This document shows positions 27,002 through 35,545 of a stretch of DNA of 35,559 bases, piece after piece. The stretch covers positions 1-35,559 of IMG/VR virus record IMGVR_UViG_3300038673_000605. One strand, 5' to 3'. Position 1 is the first letter of the stretch, and each line of letters starts with the position of its first letter. Source of the stretch: a virus (Duplodnaviria > Caudoviricetes). The translations under genes were made by a program, and so were the position numbers. A model generated the notes under the pieces. The model had not been told where the DNA came from. It did not search any database and saw only the letters and a list, made by a program, of their open reading frames with translations.

Positions 27002-27840
27002 TTTTTCACCATCTCATCCAGTTGCTGGATTATGGCTTCCTTGTTTTCTGTGATGTAATCTAAGTATGGTTTTTCATCCTCTGAGTTGTAGGGGTAGTTT
27101 AATCTTACTTTTCCATAGCCACTGCCACTTTTACCTCCTATGTATGGCCTTTCTTTCCAGAGGTTTAACATCCTTATGAGACAAGCTTTTTCATGAGGTT
27201 GTGGGTCTTCCAAGCTGATTTCGTGGGTGAATCGTGTTCCTGTGATGAGGGTTTGGAACTCGTATTTCATCTGCGTGGCGGCTTCTCCTTCTTCTCTGTC
27301 TTCTTTAAGGCTATCTAGACGTGTTCCAAAATCTTTACTCCGCAGACCATAGGCGCTGAAGTTAGGTTCTCCCTGTTCATCAAATGGGAGATAGTGGGCT
27401 GTTTCTTTGCAGACTATATCTGCCATCCCTACTTTGAGTTTGCCTTGTATCATCTGATTTCCTAATGCGGAACCTAAAAGACTGATTGGTGGGATGTGTT
27501 TCCTGATAGCATCCTTCATTTTAAGATTAATTGCACCTTTATCTTTCGCATCAACAGCCTCTAACATACCTCCATCGAAGAGGAAATGATATACTTTTTT
27601 AGAGTCTAATTGGTAATCCAGCAGGTCAAGGAAGTCCTGCATGATCAATGATCTCAAGTTTCCTCTGATGCTGTTCCCGTGAATAGTTGGGATAAGATCT
27701 ATTTCCTCTTCTCCTGTTTCTGCATTCTTAACCACGGTTGGTAAGACTAGGATTGGTTTAATGGTTCCATGGCTTTCTGACCCTCCATGATGTATTGGGC
27801 TTAACGCTTCAATGTTTCCTTTTATTACTTCTGTTTCCAT
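26992..27840 (-). CDS. csf2: Type IV Cas7-family backbone Csf2
   Basis: ALSPIHHG, IPTIHGNSIRGNLR, LFDGG, PPISLLG, GKLKVG, QM.YE.QTL..G and IGGKSGSGYG motifs. Confidence 0.92.
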   Translation of the reverse strand: METEVIKGNIEALSPIHHGGSESHGTIKPILVLPTVVKNAETGEEEIDLIPTIHGNSIRGNLRSLIMQDFLDLLDYQLDSKKVYHFLFDGGMLEAVDAKDKGAINLKMKDAIRKHIPPISLLGSALGNQMIQGKLKVGMADIVCKETAHYLPFDEQGEPNFSAYGLRSKDFGTRLDSLKEDREEGEAATQMKYEFQTLITGTRFTHEISLEDPQPHEKACLIRMLNLWKERPYIGGKSGSGYGKVRLNYPYNSEDEKPYLDYITENKEAIIQQLDEMVKKWK

Positions 27841-27841
27841 A

Positions 27842-28237
27842 TTAATTACCTCCTAATGTTGCCTGGCCCTGTTCTGCTAATTTGCGTTCTTCTTTCATTT
27901 TATCAACTTGCTCTAAGGCCATCATCACAATATAATTAGTCTCCTTCCTTAACACGTTCAAAACATAAGGTCTGTTCTCTTCTAAAAATTCTATTATCTC
28001 GGTGTTAATGTTCACCATGGGGACTTCAACATTCTTTTCAAGTGCTTCTGTGAATTGTTTGACATTCACAGCTCCTGATGCTTCCCTCACTCGTTCTATA
28101 AAGAATGTGTGGGCGCTTTTAACCCCTATTTTTCTCCATGGTATTCTTATGTAAATTTTAGCCAAAAGATAGGCTAATTTGCTTTCAGTTTCTAATTCTA
28201 ATTTCTTTTTTTCTTCCATCCAATCACCTTTATTCAT
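27842..28237 (-). CDS. cas11: Type IV small subunit Cas11 (Csf4)
   Basis: Small all-helical protein between csf1 and csf2, the canonical IV-B position. Confidence 0.7.
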   Translation of the reverse strand: MNKGDWMEEKKKLELETESKLAYLLAKIYIRIPWRKIGVKSAHTFFIERVREASGAVNVKQFTEALEKNVEVPMVNINTEIIEFLEENRPYVLNVLRKETNYIVMMALEQVDKMKEERKLAEQGQATLGGN

Positions 28238-28895
28238 TTAAATAGACACATAACCTCCAGATGGGACTGTGTGCATATTTTTTAATCTTCTTTGCTGTAT
28301 TACGTGGATTATCCAACTTCCTATAATGGTGCATTGACAATTCTCCGGTTTCCAATTCTGCTTTTGGTATTTTAAGCTCTCTTAATTCTTCAATTGTTTT
28401 GAATAATTCTTGTATCGCCTCCACTTCAACAAAATAAGTGTCATAATCAACACAACAACAGATTAACCCTTTATTGTCAGGGTTGACTTTGTTTAACATC
28501 TTTATCCAGCCCACTTTCTGCCAAGTGTTAGTCAGGTAAAGAATGAATGGTTCGTCTGGTAAATTAAGAATAATATCTTTAGCTTCTTGTTTTTTGAATT
28601 TTTTAAACTCATCATTAGTTATTATCCACATTGACCTGCGTAATTCATTAGATCGGGATATTAATGGTTTGCAGAATTCACATACCACGTCTCCCTGGCT
28701 GACCTCTGGTCCGGCTGTGAAGTTTCCTCCAAACTTTTTTTTATAACCATAGTTCGTTTCCTGACCACATAGGCAGCAGGTTCCTTTTTTATCCCCTAAA
28801 AATTGGTTTGTAATGGTTTTAACATTCCATTGGTTTAATATTTCTGGTTGTGTGTTCTGTTCTTGAACTGTACGGCTTAATGTCTCCATATTCAC
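28230..28895 (-). CDS. csf1: Type IV large subunit Csf1 (Cas8-like)
   Basis: CCLCG...NFT......VCEFC zinc site and LP.EPF......QK..W motif. Confidence 0.85.
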   Translation of the reverse strand: MNMETLSRTVQEQNTQPEILNQWNVKTITNQFLGDKKGTCCLCGQETNYGYKKKFGGNFTAGPEVSQGDVVCEFCKPLISRSNELRRSMWIITNDEFKKFKKQEAKDIILNLPDEPFILYLTNTWQKVGWIKMLNKVNPDNKGLICCCVDYDTYFVEVEAIQELFKTIEELRELKIPKAELETGELSMHHYRKLDNPRNTAKKIKKYAHSPIWRLCVYLNE

Positions 28896-29296
28896 TTACT
28901 CCTCCTAATTATTCTCATCCTCTGTTCAGGGGTTGCGATTCCGCTCCGTTTACATTCATTATCAGTAACTTCTCTCTCCCTCTCTTCATCCAATTCTTCA
29001 TTATTATTTTTACTAATATGTGGTCCAAGCTCCCCACTGCCTGGTTTGTTATCGCTTTTTCGCATGTGTTTAGGCCATCTTTTCCTGAAATCCTGTTGAT
29101 ACTTGCAGTTTCTTTCATCCTTAGCTTCCTTGGATTGGTCTTTATGTCGTTTCCTCTTAGGTGTGGGTGTCTTGCATATTGTGCAGATCCACCTACTAGT
29201 CTCTGGATCCCATACTTCTTTGATAAGGTTACCACATTTCTGACATATTCTAATATTTCTTTTACTCTTGAATCCCCTGTTCTCGATAATAAGCAC
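28892..29296 (-). CDS. Basic zinc-finger protein
   Basis: CQKCG...WICTIC followed by a Lys/Arg-rich region; the stop overlaps the csf1 start. Confidence 0.65.
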   Translation of the reverse strand: MLIIENRGFKSKRNIRICQKCGNLIKEVWDPETSRWICTICKTPTPKRKRHKDQSKEAKDERNCKYQQDFRKRWPKHMRKSDNKPGSGELGPHISKNNNEELDEEREREVTDNECKRSGIATPEQRMRIIRRSK

Positions 29297-29299
29297 CCC

Positions 29300-30166
29300 T
29301 TAAATTATAGGTATGTTTAATCGTGCTGTGTCGGTCTTGCTTTGGATGGTCATTCTTGTTTCGTTCTGGATTTTTGGAGGTAACATATGGAACACTTTCA
29401 GTAATGTTTTCTGGTCCTTGAACCGTGCGATTATATGGTCCTGACTCGTGGCATTTTTGAGTCCAACATTCTTTTTACAGTCTGCTGTGGTTGTGTAAGG
29501 CCATAATATATCTAATATTTGGCCAATGGTGGTTTTGGGTTCATATTCAGCAGTGCCTTCTGTTTCTATTACTGGTATTGCCTTTTCTTCTTCAACCGTA
29601 AAATCCTGTTCTGGTTTTTCAGTTGCTCCTGGGAGACTGTACCAGTTGGTCTTGTCAATCACCCGCACCTCCACAGTACCATCCTTCACCAAGGGGGTCA
29701 CGGCCTGATAAGCCACCTGACTAGTCACATCCTCATACTCCCTTAAATAATCCCTTATGTGTCTTTTATTGTATTCGCCGCCTTTCTCTAACAGTTCAAG
29801 TACTCTTTCTCCTCTGATCTCCAATAATGGTGTTTTCTTCGCCAATTTACCACTCCCTTCTCCTGTTTTTTTCTCCACAATTTCTATGTACTTCATGGCC
29901 TTGTCAGTCAGTTTGTACCGTTTATGACTGCCATGTATGACCTCCAGGAATCCTATTTGCTCCATCCTGGATAGGAGCTTAACATTGTAACTGAAATAAT
30001 AAGGTAAAACATTGTTAACCTGTTCCAATCCGAACATGTCTTCTGGTAATTCTTTTATGGCTTGTTTGATTCTGTCCCCGCCAGGGATTCCGTGTTCCCG
30101 TTGGCAGAATCCACATTTGCCGTTTTCTAGTTTTGCGTTTAATCCGCAGATTTTACAGTTTGCCAT
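29300..30166 (-). CDS. Zinc-finger plus winged-helix-like DNA-binding protein
   Basis: N-terminal CKICG..CGFC; LSRMEQIGFL..RYKLT and LVKDGTVEV..WYSL wHTH-like segments. Confidence 0.6.
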   Translation of the reverse strand: MANCKICGLNAKLENGKCGFCQREHGIPGGDRIKQAIKELPEDMFGLEQVNNVLPYYFSYNVKLLSRMEQIGFLEVIHGSHKRYKLTDKAMKYIEIVEKKTGEGSGKLAKKTPLLEIRGERVLELLEKGGEYNKRHIRDYLREYEDVTSQVAYQAVTPLVKDGTVEVRVIDKTNWYSLPGATEKPEQDFTVEEEKAIPVIETEGTAEYEPKTTIGQILDILWPYTTTADCKKNVGLKNATSQDHIIARFKDQKTLLKVFHMLPPKIQNETRMTIQSKTDTARLNIPII

Positions 30167-30171
30167 TTTTT

Positions 30172-30735
30172 TTAACCCTCCATCATTTGTTCCATTTTCT
30201 GGTATCTTTCCTTCATCTGCATTGCATCATGGAGACTGTTATGCACCTGGCCCTTTTTTCCTTGAGTTTCCTGTAAAATCTCCAAGGGAACACCTAAGAT
30301 TTTGTCCAAGGAGCATAGACTTTGATTGTAATAATACTTGTCATCCTCCTTGACTCCTTCCAGTCCTCCGAGGAGGTCGGCTAGTAAAACCCAGTCAAAG
30401 GCCAAACAGTCATTCCAGAACTCGTATTCCTCGAACTGTTTTAACCATTCTTTCAGATACGTTTTTATCCGTTCTTTACCGTCTTTGATTTCAATATTGC
30501 CTATGAAGTCCTGATTATTCCAAACATCCGTATCGTTGAATTTTAGTTTCTTGAGGACATTTTTCCGGATCCACTTAGTAACCTGGCTTTTATCGTAATC
30601 ATTAAACTCCGCATAGAATGTCAGGCCATGCTCTGAAACCATTCCTATACTAATAATGGTGGTGTTTGGGTGGAGGCCGGTCATTTCAGTGTCGAAAAAT
30701 ATTTTAGTTGCCATATATTCACGTCCATTATTCAT
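30172..30735 (-). CDS. DEDDh 3'-5' exonuclease (Rv2179c-like)
   Basis: IFFDTEMTGL, ISIGMV, FYAE, AFDW and HNSLHDA motifs. Confidence 0.88.
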   Translation of the reverse strand: MNNGREYMATKIFFDTEMTGLHPNTTIISIGMVSEHGLTFYAEFNDYDKSQVTKWIRKNVLKKLKFNDTDVWNNQDFIGNIEIKDGKERIKTYLKEWLKQFEEYEFWNDCLAFDWVLLADLLGGLEGVKEDDKYYYNQSLCSLDKILGVPLEILQETQGKKGQVHNSLHDAMQMKERYQKMEQMMEG

Positions 30736-30976
30736 TTAACCCAAAATGAACCCCCATTCCAAAAGCTGCAATCAGGCCCCCAAGGATATAAATTCCTGCA
30801 TTCTGACTCATATGGTTTACATCATCACAACCAAAATAAACCATTAAACAGGATATTCCTATACCTATACTTATTATTGTGAATGCTATTTTGTTTCCAG
30901 TTGTGAATTTTGGTTTTATCTTCTTTTTACTCCATTCTGGTGTTTTTTTCCAATGTTCCTGATGCCTTTCAGTTAT
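30728..30976 (-). CDS. Two-helix membrane protein; probable ATA start (not in the ORF track)
   Basis: 82 codons, (M)TERHQEHWKK...IAFTIISIGIGISCLMVYFG...IYILGGLIAAFGMGVHFGLNE*; fills the operon gap, with an in-frame TAG five codons upstream. Confidence 0.55.
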   Translation of the reverse strand: MTERHQEHWKKTPEWSKKKIKPKFTTGNKIAFTIISIGIGISCLMVYFGCDDVNHMSQNAGIYILGGLIAAFGMGVHFGLNE

Positions 30977-31000
30977 ATTCCCACGCTCCTATTCCTTTTT

Positions 31001-31183
31001 TCAATATCCTAATAATTTAGTTGCAGTATACATGCCTAAGAAAAACACAAATGCAAATACTATGAATATTAGAAATATTTCCCCAATCCCCGTCCTGGAT
31101 GGTTTATCTTCACATTTAACCCAAGTTCCATCATTTTTTAGGATTATTTTACACCCTTCAATATCGTTATCCACTTTTAACAT
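31001..31183 (-). CDS. Small membrane protein
   Basis: C-terminal hydrophobic helix; GGAGG SD. Confidence 0.6.
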   Translation of the reverse strand: MLKVDNDIEGCKIILKNDGTWVKCEDKPSRTGIGEIFLIFIVFAFVFFLGMYTATKLLGY

Positions 31184-31224
31184 CCTCCTCTGTTCTTGTT
31201 ATATCACTATAAAAATATTTAATA

Positions 31225-31452
31225 TTATGCCTTATCAAACCCTTTACAAACCCTCAAAACCTTCACCACAGCAAAACCACAAAGCCAACAAGTGGACTCT
31301 AAGGTAACAATATAATCCTTCTTAGATGCCGAAACACACTCCTTATCAACCTTCTGGTACTGGCCACACATCCGGCAAAACTCATACTCTACCATGTCAT
31401 CAACCCATAAACAGATGTTCCAAGATAGGTCAACCAAACCAAAGTCATCCAC
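31225..31452 (-). CDS. Small zinc-finger protein
   Basis: FCRMCG...CWLCG; probable start about 31395 (MVEYEF). Confidence 0.55.
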   Translation of the reverse strand: MDDFGLVDLSWNICLWVDDMVEYEFCRMCGQYQKVDKECVSASKKDYIVTLESTCWLCGFAVVKVLRVCKGFDKA

Positions 31453-31586
31453 CCATCACTCTTCTCCCATGCACTCAACAGGAAAATAGAGTTAGCAGCC
31501 AACCATAAAATAAAACAGATCGGATTTTTAACCACATTCAAGAATGCACCAATCAATGCAAAAATGATTCCAGAGGCCATCACCAA
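31389..31586 (-). CDS. Small membrane protein resembling short viral PnuC-like proteins
   Basis: LIGAFLN..K...FILW..AN and Y......G...W pattern. Confidence 0.55.
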   Translation of the reverse strand: MVMASGIIFALIGAFLNVVKNPICFILWLAANSIFLLSAWEKSDGWMTLVWLTYLGTSVYGLMTW

Positions 31587-31606
31587 ATTAGTCTTTGTAA
31601 CCTGAA

Positions 31607-31825
31607 TTATTCAACCACCACCCATGATTCACCGTTCCATTGCATGTTTAACATTTTCAAACCTCTGACAAGTGCATCACAGGCTTTTTGAGCTAATTCT
31701 AAAAGATACTCCCATAACTCTTTAAAAAAATCCACCAACTCTTTATATTCAGCCTGTTCTAATGGTAATCCTCTATAAGTTCCAAAGTTTACAAGTTCAT
31801 AAGTTATCAGTGCGAGTTTATTCAT
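31607..31825 (-). CDS. Hypothetical protein
   Basis: Overlaps the upstream stop; operon packing. Confidence 0.55.
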   Translation of the reverse strand: MNKLALITYELVNFGTYRGLPLEQAEYKELVDFFKELWEYLLELAQKACDALVRGLKMLNMQWNGESWVVVE

Positions 31826-32510
31826 TTAAACAACCCCATTGTTTCCTTTTTGCACTTCTTAATTCGTTCCACCATCTATGCTCTAAACTAAATACAGTTT
31901 CTCCTTGGCGGAAATCGTTAGGACTTTCCCACTGCATCTCTCTCATTTTCTGCCACAGTTCAGGGTAATATTTAAACAAAATCCGCAATTCATTTAATTT
32001 TTGTAATGGACAACACCAACAATTATAACGGCTTCTCTGTTTGTAAACCCCCCCAAAATCAAACCCTTCAGCATAACAGAGTTCTAAAGCCTTTTTTTCA
32101 GTGTAACTATAATCAATCAAGGGGTACCTAATAATACCTTTTTTATACCTTTTGTTGTTGGTCCTATGAAGTTCATCAGCCGCCATTCCAACATACTGAG
32201 TTAACCCATTCTTGTACTTACCTAAATATTTGTTAATATTATCTCTTTTAAGCCCCGTACACCACCTAACAAGTGGAGATGCAAATCCCCATTTTTTAAA
32301 TCCTTCTTGTATCTTTTTAGAAATGTCTATGTGTGTTATGGACATTCCTACATATTTCTCCACTTTTTCAAGATGTTCATCAACCCCTGGCCACATCCAG
32401 GATCCAACATCAGCATACACGATTTCATCTAGTTCCAGTTGGTTTTGTTTGATGAGAATTAACATTGCTGTGCTGTCCTTCCCACCTGAGTAAAGAGCTA
32501 TATTTTTCAT
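31818..32510 (-). CDS. Second PAPS reductase/CysH-family protein with a Cys cluster
   Basis: YSGGKDSTAM, RWCTGLK, YVGMAADE..R, YPL and NCWCCP motifs. Confidence 0.88.
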   Translation of the reverse strand: MKNIALYSGGKDSTAMLILIKQNQLELDEIVYADVGSWMWPGVDEHLEKVEKYVGMSITHIDISKKIQEGFKKWGFASPLVRWCTGLKRDNINKYLGKYKNGLTQYVGMAADELHRTNNKRYKKGIIRYPLIDYSYTEKKALELCYAEGFDFGGVYKQRSRYNCWCCPLQKLNELRILFKYYPELWQKMREMQWESPNDFRQGETVFSLEHRWWNELRSAKRKQWGCLNE

Positions 32511-32533
32511 AAGATATTTTTTACTTCTTTATA

Positions 32534-32785
32534 TTACGGTTTACCGAAGTTTAATTCTTCTTTAGTTATTTCTAGCCTAATTTTAAATGCTTCTTTGATA
32601 AAATTACTTGTAAAAATTCCTATATCATATTGTGTCTTCTCAAAAACCCTATCCAAATCATTAGTAATTACAACTTTAAATTGAACATAATTAGGGTTAG
32701 TGTGCTTATTTCTAAATTCAATCAATTTAAAAGCGGTAAATAATATAATTAATTCCCAATAATTCCAATAATTTTTTTCACTCAC
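32534..32785 (-). CDS. Hypothetical protein
   Basis: GGAGG SD and GTG start. Confidence 0.55.
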   Translation of the reverse strand: MSEKNYWNYWELIILFTAFKLIEFRNKHTNPNYVQFKVVITNDLDRVFEKTQYDIGIFTSNFIKEAFKIRLEITKEELNFGKP

Positions 32786-32800
32786 AAAATCCCTCCTTTT

Positions 32801-33370
32801 TTAATCTTTTTCATAATAAATATGCTCTGTATTTCCCTTAACTTCCCTAATTTGCTTTGGAAATTGTATAATAGGATAGATATGTCCTGTGAAAAAGTCT
32901 TCCCACCACCCCACAAATCCCATCAAAAATCCCTCCTTTTCTTCCCTTTCCATTTCATCACTCTCCACATAAGCACGTTCCGTCATCAACTGCAACCTGT
33001 ACCCCTCCAAACAACCACCACCACTCATAAACCACCACACCTGCAACATTCCAATTGAAAACTTCAATTCAGTTCCATTCATGTTGACCGAGCCTTTTTG
33101 CATTTTAGTATCATCTGGTGGAAGCCAGCTACACTTAGATTGCTGGTTTAATGGTGTTGTTAACTGGAACTGTTTACCTTTAATGTTTACTATGTCGCCC
33201 CTGGAGTCAGTTGGCCCTATTTTAGAGTGTTTAATGCCATCCGTCATTTTTGGATAAAATTCATATCCAAAGTTTTCCGCGGCCATTAAAATGAGTTCTG
33301 CAAATTCTTTAATCGTTGAAATTTCACCTAACATGTAACAGACAAATTCTTCAAATTCTTCATTATTCAT
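32801..33370 (-). CDS. Hypothetical protein
   Basis: GGAGG SD; start overlaps the upstream stop. Confidence 0.65.
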   Translation of the reverse strand: MNNEEFEEFVCYMLGEISTIKEFAELILMAAENFGYEFYPKMTDGIKHSKIGPTDSRGDIVNIKGKQFQLTTPLNQQSKCSWLPPDDTKMQKGSVNMNGTELKFSIGMLQVWWFMSGGGCLEGYRLQLMTERAYVESDEMEREEKEGFLMGFVGWWEDFFTGHIYPIIQFPKQIREVKGNTEHIYYEKD

Positions 33371-33597
33371 CCTATCCTCCCTAAAGGAATTGGCCCTTTT
33401 TCCTTTGCTTTCTCTTCAAATAAATTAAAAAAAGTTCTAAACGCACTGCAATGTTTACAAGGTTCATAAATGCCTTCGTCTAAAACATCCTCTTCGTATT
33501 CAAAATATTTCCTGTTTTCCTGTTTTATTCTCCTGATATATGGGCACCAGAAAACATGATATGTCCCGTTTTTTATGTTAGCAACAAACCTAATCAT
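33367..33597 (-). CDS. Ada-type metal-binding domain protein
   Basis: FVAN....YH..WC....I..EN..YF......GIYEPCKHC pattern. Confidence 0.75.
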   Translation of the reverse strand: MIRFVANIKNGTYHVFWCPYIRRIKQENRKYFEYEEDVLDEGIYEPCKHCSAFRTFFNLFEEKAKEKGPIPLGRIG

Positions 33598-34334
33598 CCG
33601 AACAATCCCTCCAGCGTTGTCTGCTTATCCTCCTCTGTTATCTCCACCGTTGGAGTGGCCACCTCAGCCTGTTCCAAGAGCATCCGTGACTTATTATATT
33701 CTTCCTCGGACAGACTCCTAATATGGGGATAGCCAACAGTGTTAAGGGCTTCATTAACTTTCCAAGCACCATAAAAATCCAATAATAAAGAATTATGCCA
33801 AATAACCTCACCAACCACCCCATGAACTAAAAAGTTAACTGTGGCCATGAGACAGCAGGTATGATCCACATCCTCTGCAACCATGTAACTTCCTGGCCTT
33901 TCAACATGTGCAGCTAGAAGACACCTGCCACTGCCAGCTGATGGGTCACTCATCTTAAGCGGACCGTCCTTCTGAACATTGCCTATATTTATCTTGGCCA
34001 TTGCAGTGCAGATTTCATGTGGTGTGAAAAACTGTCCTGCCTTCTCACGCTGATAAGGAGTGCTGATGCAGGATTCATAATAAGTTCCTGGGAAATCAAA
34101 CCATTCTACGCTTTTTAATTTTTGGTTCATGGTGAGGATGAATTCCTGGTACATTTCGTATAGGATCCTGATTTCATTCTTGGTGTAATTCTTATCCCAG
34201 GTCATGGACTGGTCTGTGAGGTGGCCCATGATAATGTATTCCAGCCAGTCGTCAAAGACTCTGGCCAGGTCGTGTTTATTGGTTAGTTGGCCTATTAGTT
34301 CATGGAACTTTTTAAAGCCTGGTGGGATGTCTAT
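33594..34334 (-). CDS. N6-adenine DNA methylase-family protein (short form); probable ATA start
   Basis: GQFFTP and SAM-binding DPSAGSG. The frame extends 35 codons upstream of ATG 34229 (FKKFHELIGQL..HDLARVFDDWL) to ATA 34334 after GGAGG. No NPPY/F catalytic motif is visible. Confidence 0.8.
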   Translation of the reverse strand: MDIPPGFKKFHELIGQLTNKHDLARVFDDWLEYIIMGHLTDQSMTWDKNYTKNEIRILYEMYQEFILTMNQKLKSVEWFDFPGTYYESCISTPYQREKAGQFFTPHEICTAMAKINIGNVQKDGPLKMSDPSAGSGRCLLAAHVERPGSYMVAEDVDHTCCLMATVNFLVHGVVGEVIWHNSLLLDFYGAWKVNEALNTVGYPHIRSLSEEEYNKSRMLLEQAEVATPTVEITEEDKQTTLEGLFG

Positions 34335-34510
34335 TTAAATCCCTCCAGAGTGGCCTGCTGGTTCTGATTGAATAATTTATTTAAATCACCCCAGAGTTTT
34401 TCCCGATCATGATCAATACAAAAATCACGAATAATGTCCCATAACTCCCCTCTAAGGATACCGACATCCTGATTGGGTAAAGGTTTCCTCCGATCAATAA
34501 CTTTGCTCAT
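34331..34510 (-). CDS. 59-aa protein ending in a PIP-box-like motif (not in the ORF track)
   Basis: ATG overlaps the PCNA stop; MSKVIDRRKPL...NQQATLEGFK*. Confidence 0.65.
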   Translation of the reverse strand: MSKVIDRRKPLPNQDVGILRGELWDIIRDFCIDHDREKLWGDLNKLFNQNQQATLEGFK

Positions 34511-35286
34511 TACATCGCCGCAATGCGTGGAGCGGTTAAGAATTCCAGCTGGCCAACATTTTCTAATCTGAAAATCAGAGATAATGGGATATCCTCACCC
34601 AACCCAACACTTACCTCATCAGAAAAAGGAGTTCTGCTACTGATTAAAGATTGAACTCTTGATGTTGCGTAACAACCAAAAACCCTATCTTTATACTCCG
34701 TATCGGTTTGGAAGGATGCATCCATTGATACTTTCTCTTCACCCTTCTCAGAATGCTCTGCAAAACAGGTTAAAATATGGTCAGTTTCTTCTGATGACTT
34801 GAAATATAGTTTCTCTGAGATAGAACTTGCAGCACAAACAACATCCTTAAAGTCTTTAAAACAGACCGTATATTTGGCAGGCCATTTCACGTCTGGAACT
34901 TTAGGGACATGATCATAATGTTCATCAATAGTTCCAAACTGTGATTTGAATTTAATCGCATTCACACCATCAAAATATTCAAGGATTAAATTATTTTCCT
35001 CAACTATGATGAGCACATCTTTACCGTTCCTGTAAGCAGCTAATACTTTCTTCAAATACTCACAGTCCGGCTTAAAAGTTACTTTTTCCTTATCACAATT
35101 ATACTCAAACATGGAAGGTTTCAACTTCAAAAAAGCCAGGCTAATATGAGACCTATCCAGTGTGTGGAATTCCATCCCATCCTCTGATATAACTAGATAA
35201 ATAGTGTTATCCAGTTTTTCAACTAGTTTAAGAGCATTTATAACTCTTTTACTACTTTCTTTATCAAATATCGCTTTAGCAATCAT
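34510..35286 (-). CDS. pcn: DNA sliding clamp (PCNA homolog)
   Basis: 258 aa; LDRSHISL, VGLGEDIPL and FLTAPRI are PCNA signatures. Confidence 0.9.
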   Translation of the reverse strand: MIAKAIFDKESSKRVINALKLVEKLDNTIYLVISEDGMEFHTLDRSHISLAFLKLKPSMFEYNCDKEKVTFKPDCEYLKKVLAAYRNGKDVLIIVEENNLILEYFDGVNAIKFKSQFGTIDEHYDHVPKVPDVKWPAKYTVCFKDFKDVVCAASSISEKLYFKSSEETDHILTCFAEHSEKGEEKVSMDASFQTDTEYKDRVFGCYATSRVQSLISSRTPFSDEVSVGLGEDIPLSLIFRLENVGQLEFLTAPRIAAM

Positions 35287-35545
35287 TTAATACACCTCTT
35301 TTCATGATAAATTTCCTGCCCCGATCCACATGGCTACATCTACCACGAAAGTGAAAACTAGGGCACGGTTCACAGAACCATTCATCAAGATACCAGCTGA
35401 CCTCATAGAAATCATTGGACCCCCTGACACCCAACTGCAAAAGCACGCCATCATCAAAAATAACGTAGATGCCAGCCAGTTCCGGATCCATGGCATACTC
35501 ATATGGTAGGAAAATTTTACTTCCCTCCAGGGCCACTGGATCCAA
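35276..35545 (-). CDS. SWIM zinc-finger protein (may extend beyond the right edge)
   Basis: YEVS.....WFCEPCPSFHFRGRCSH SWIM-like pattern. Confidence 0.7.
   Translation of the reverse strand: MDPVALEGSKIFLPYEYAMDPELAGIYVIFDDGVLLQLGVRGSNDFYEVSWYLDEWFCEPCPSFHFRGRCSHVDRGRKFIMKRGVLNDC

Noticed and set aside
28850-29320. Alternative ORFs 28850-29320 (+) and 28915-29235 (-)
   Set aside because: They overlap the Zn-finger gene 28892-29296, which has motif support and is coupled to csf1.
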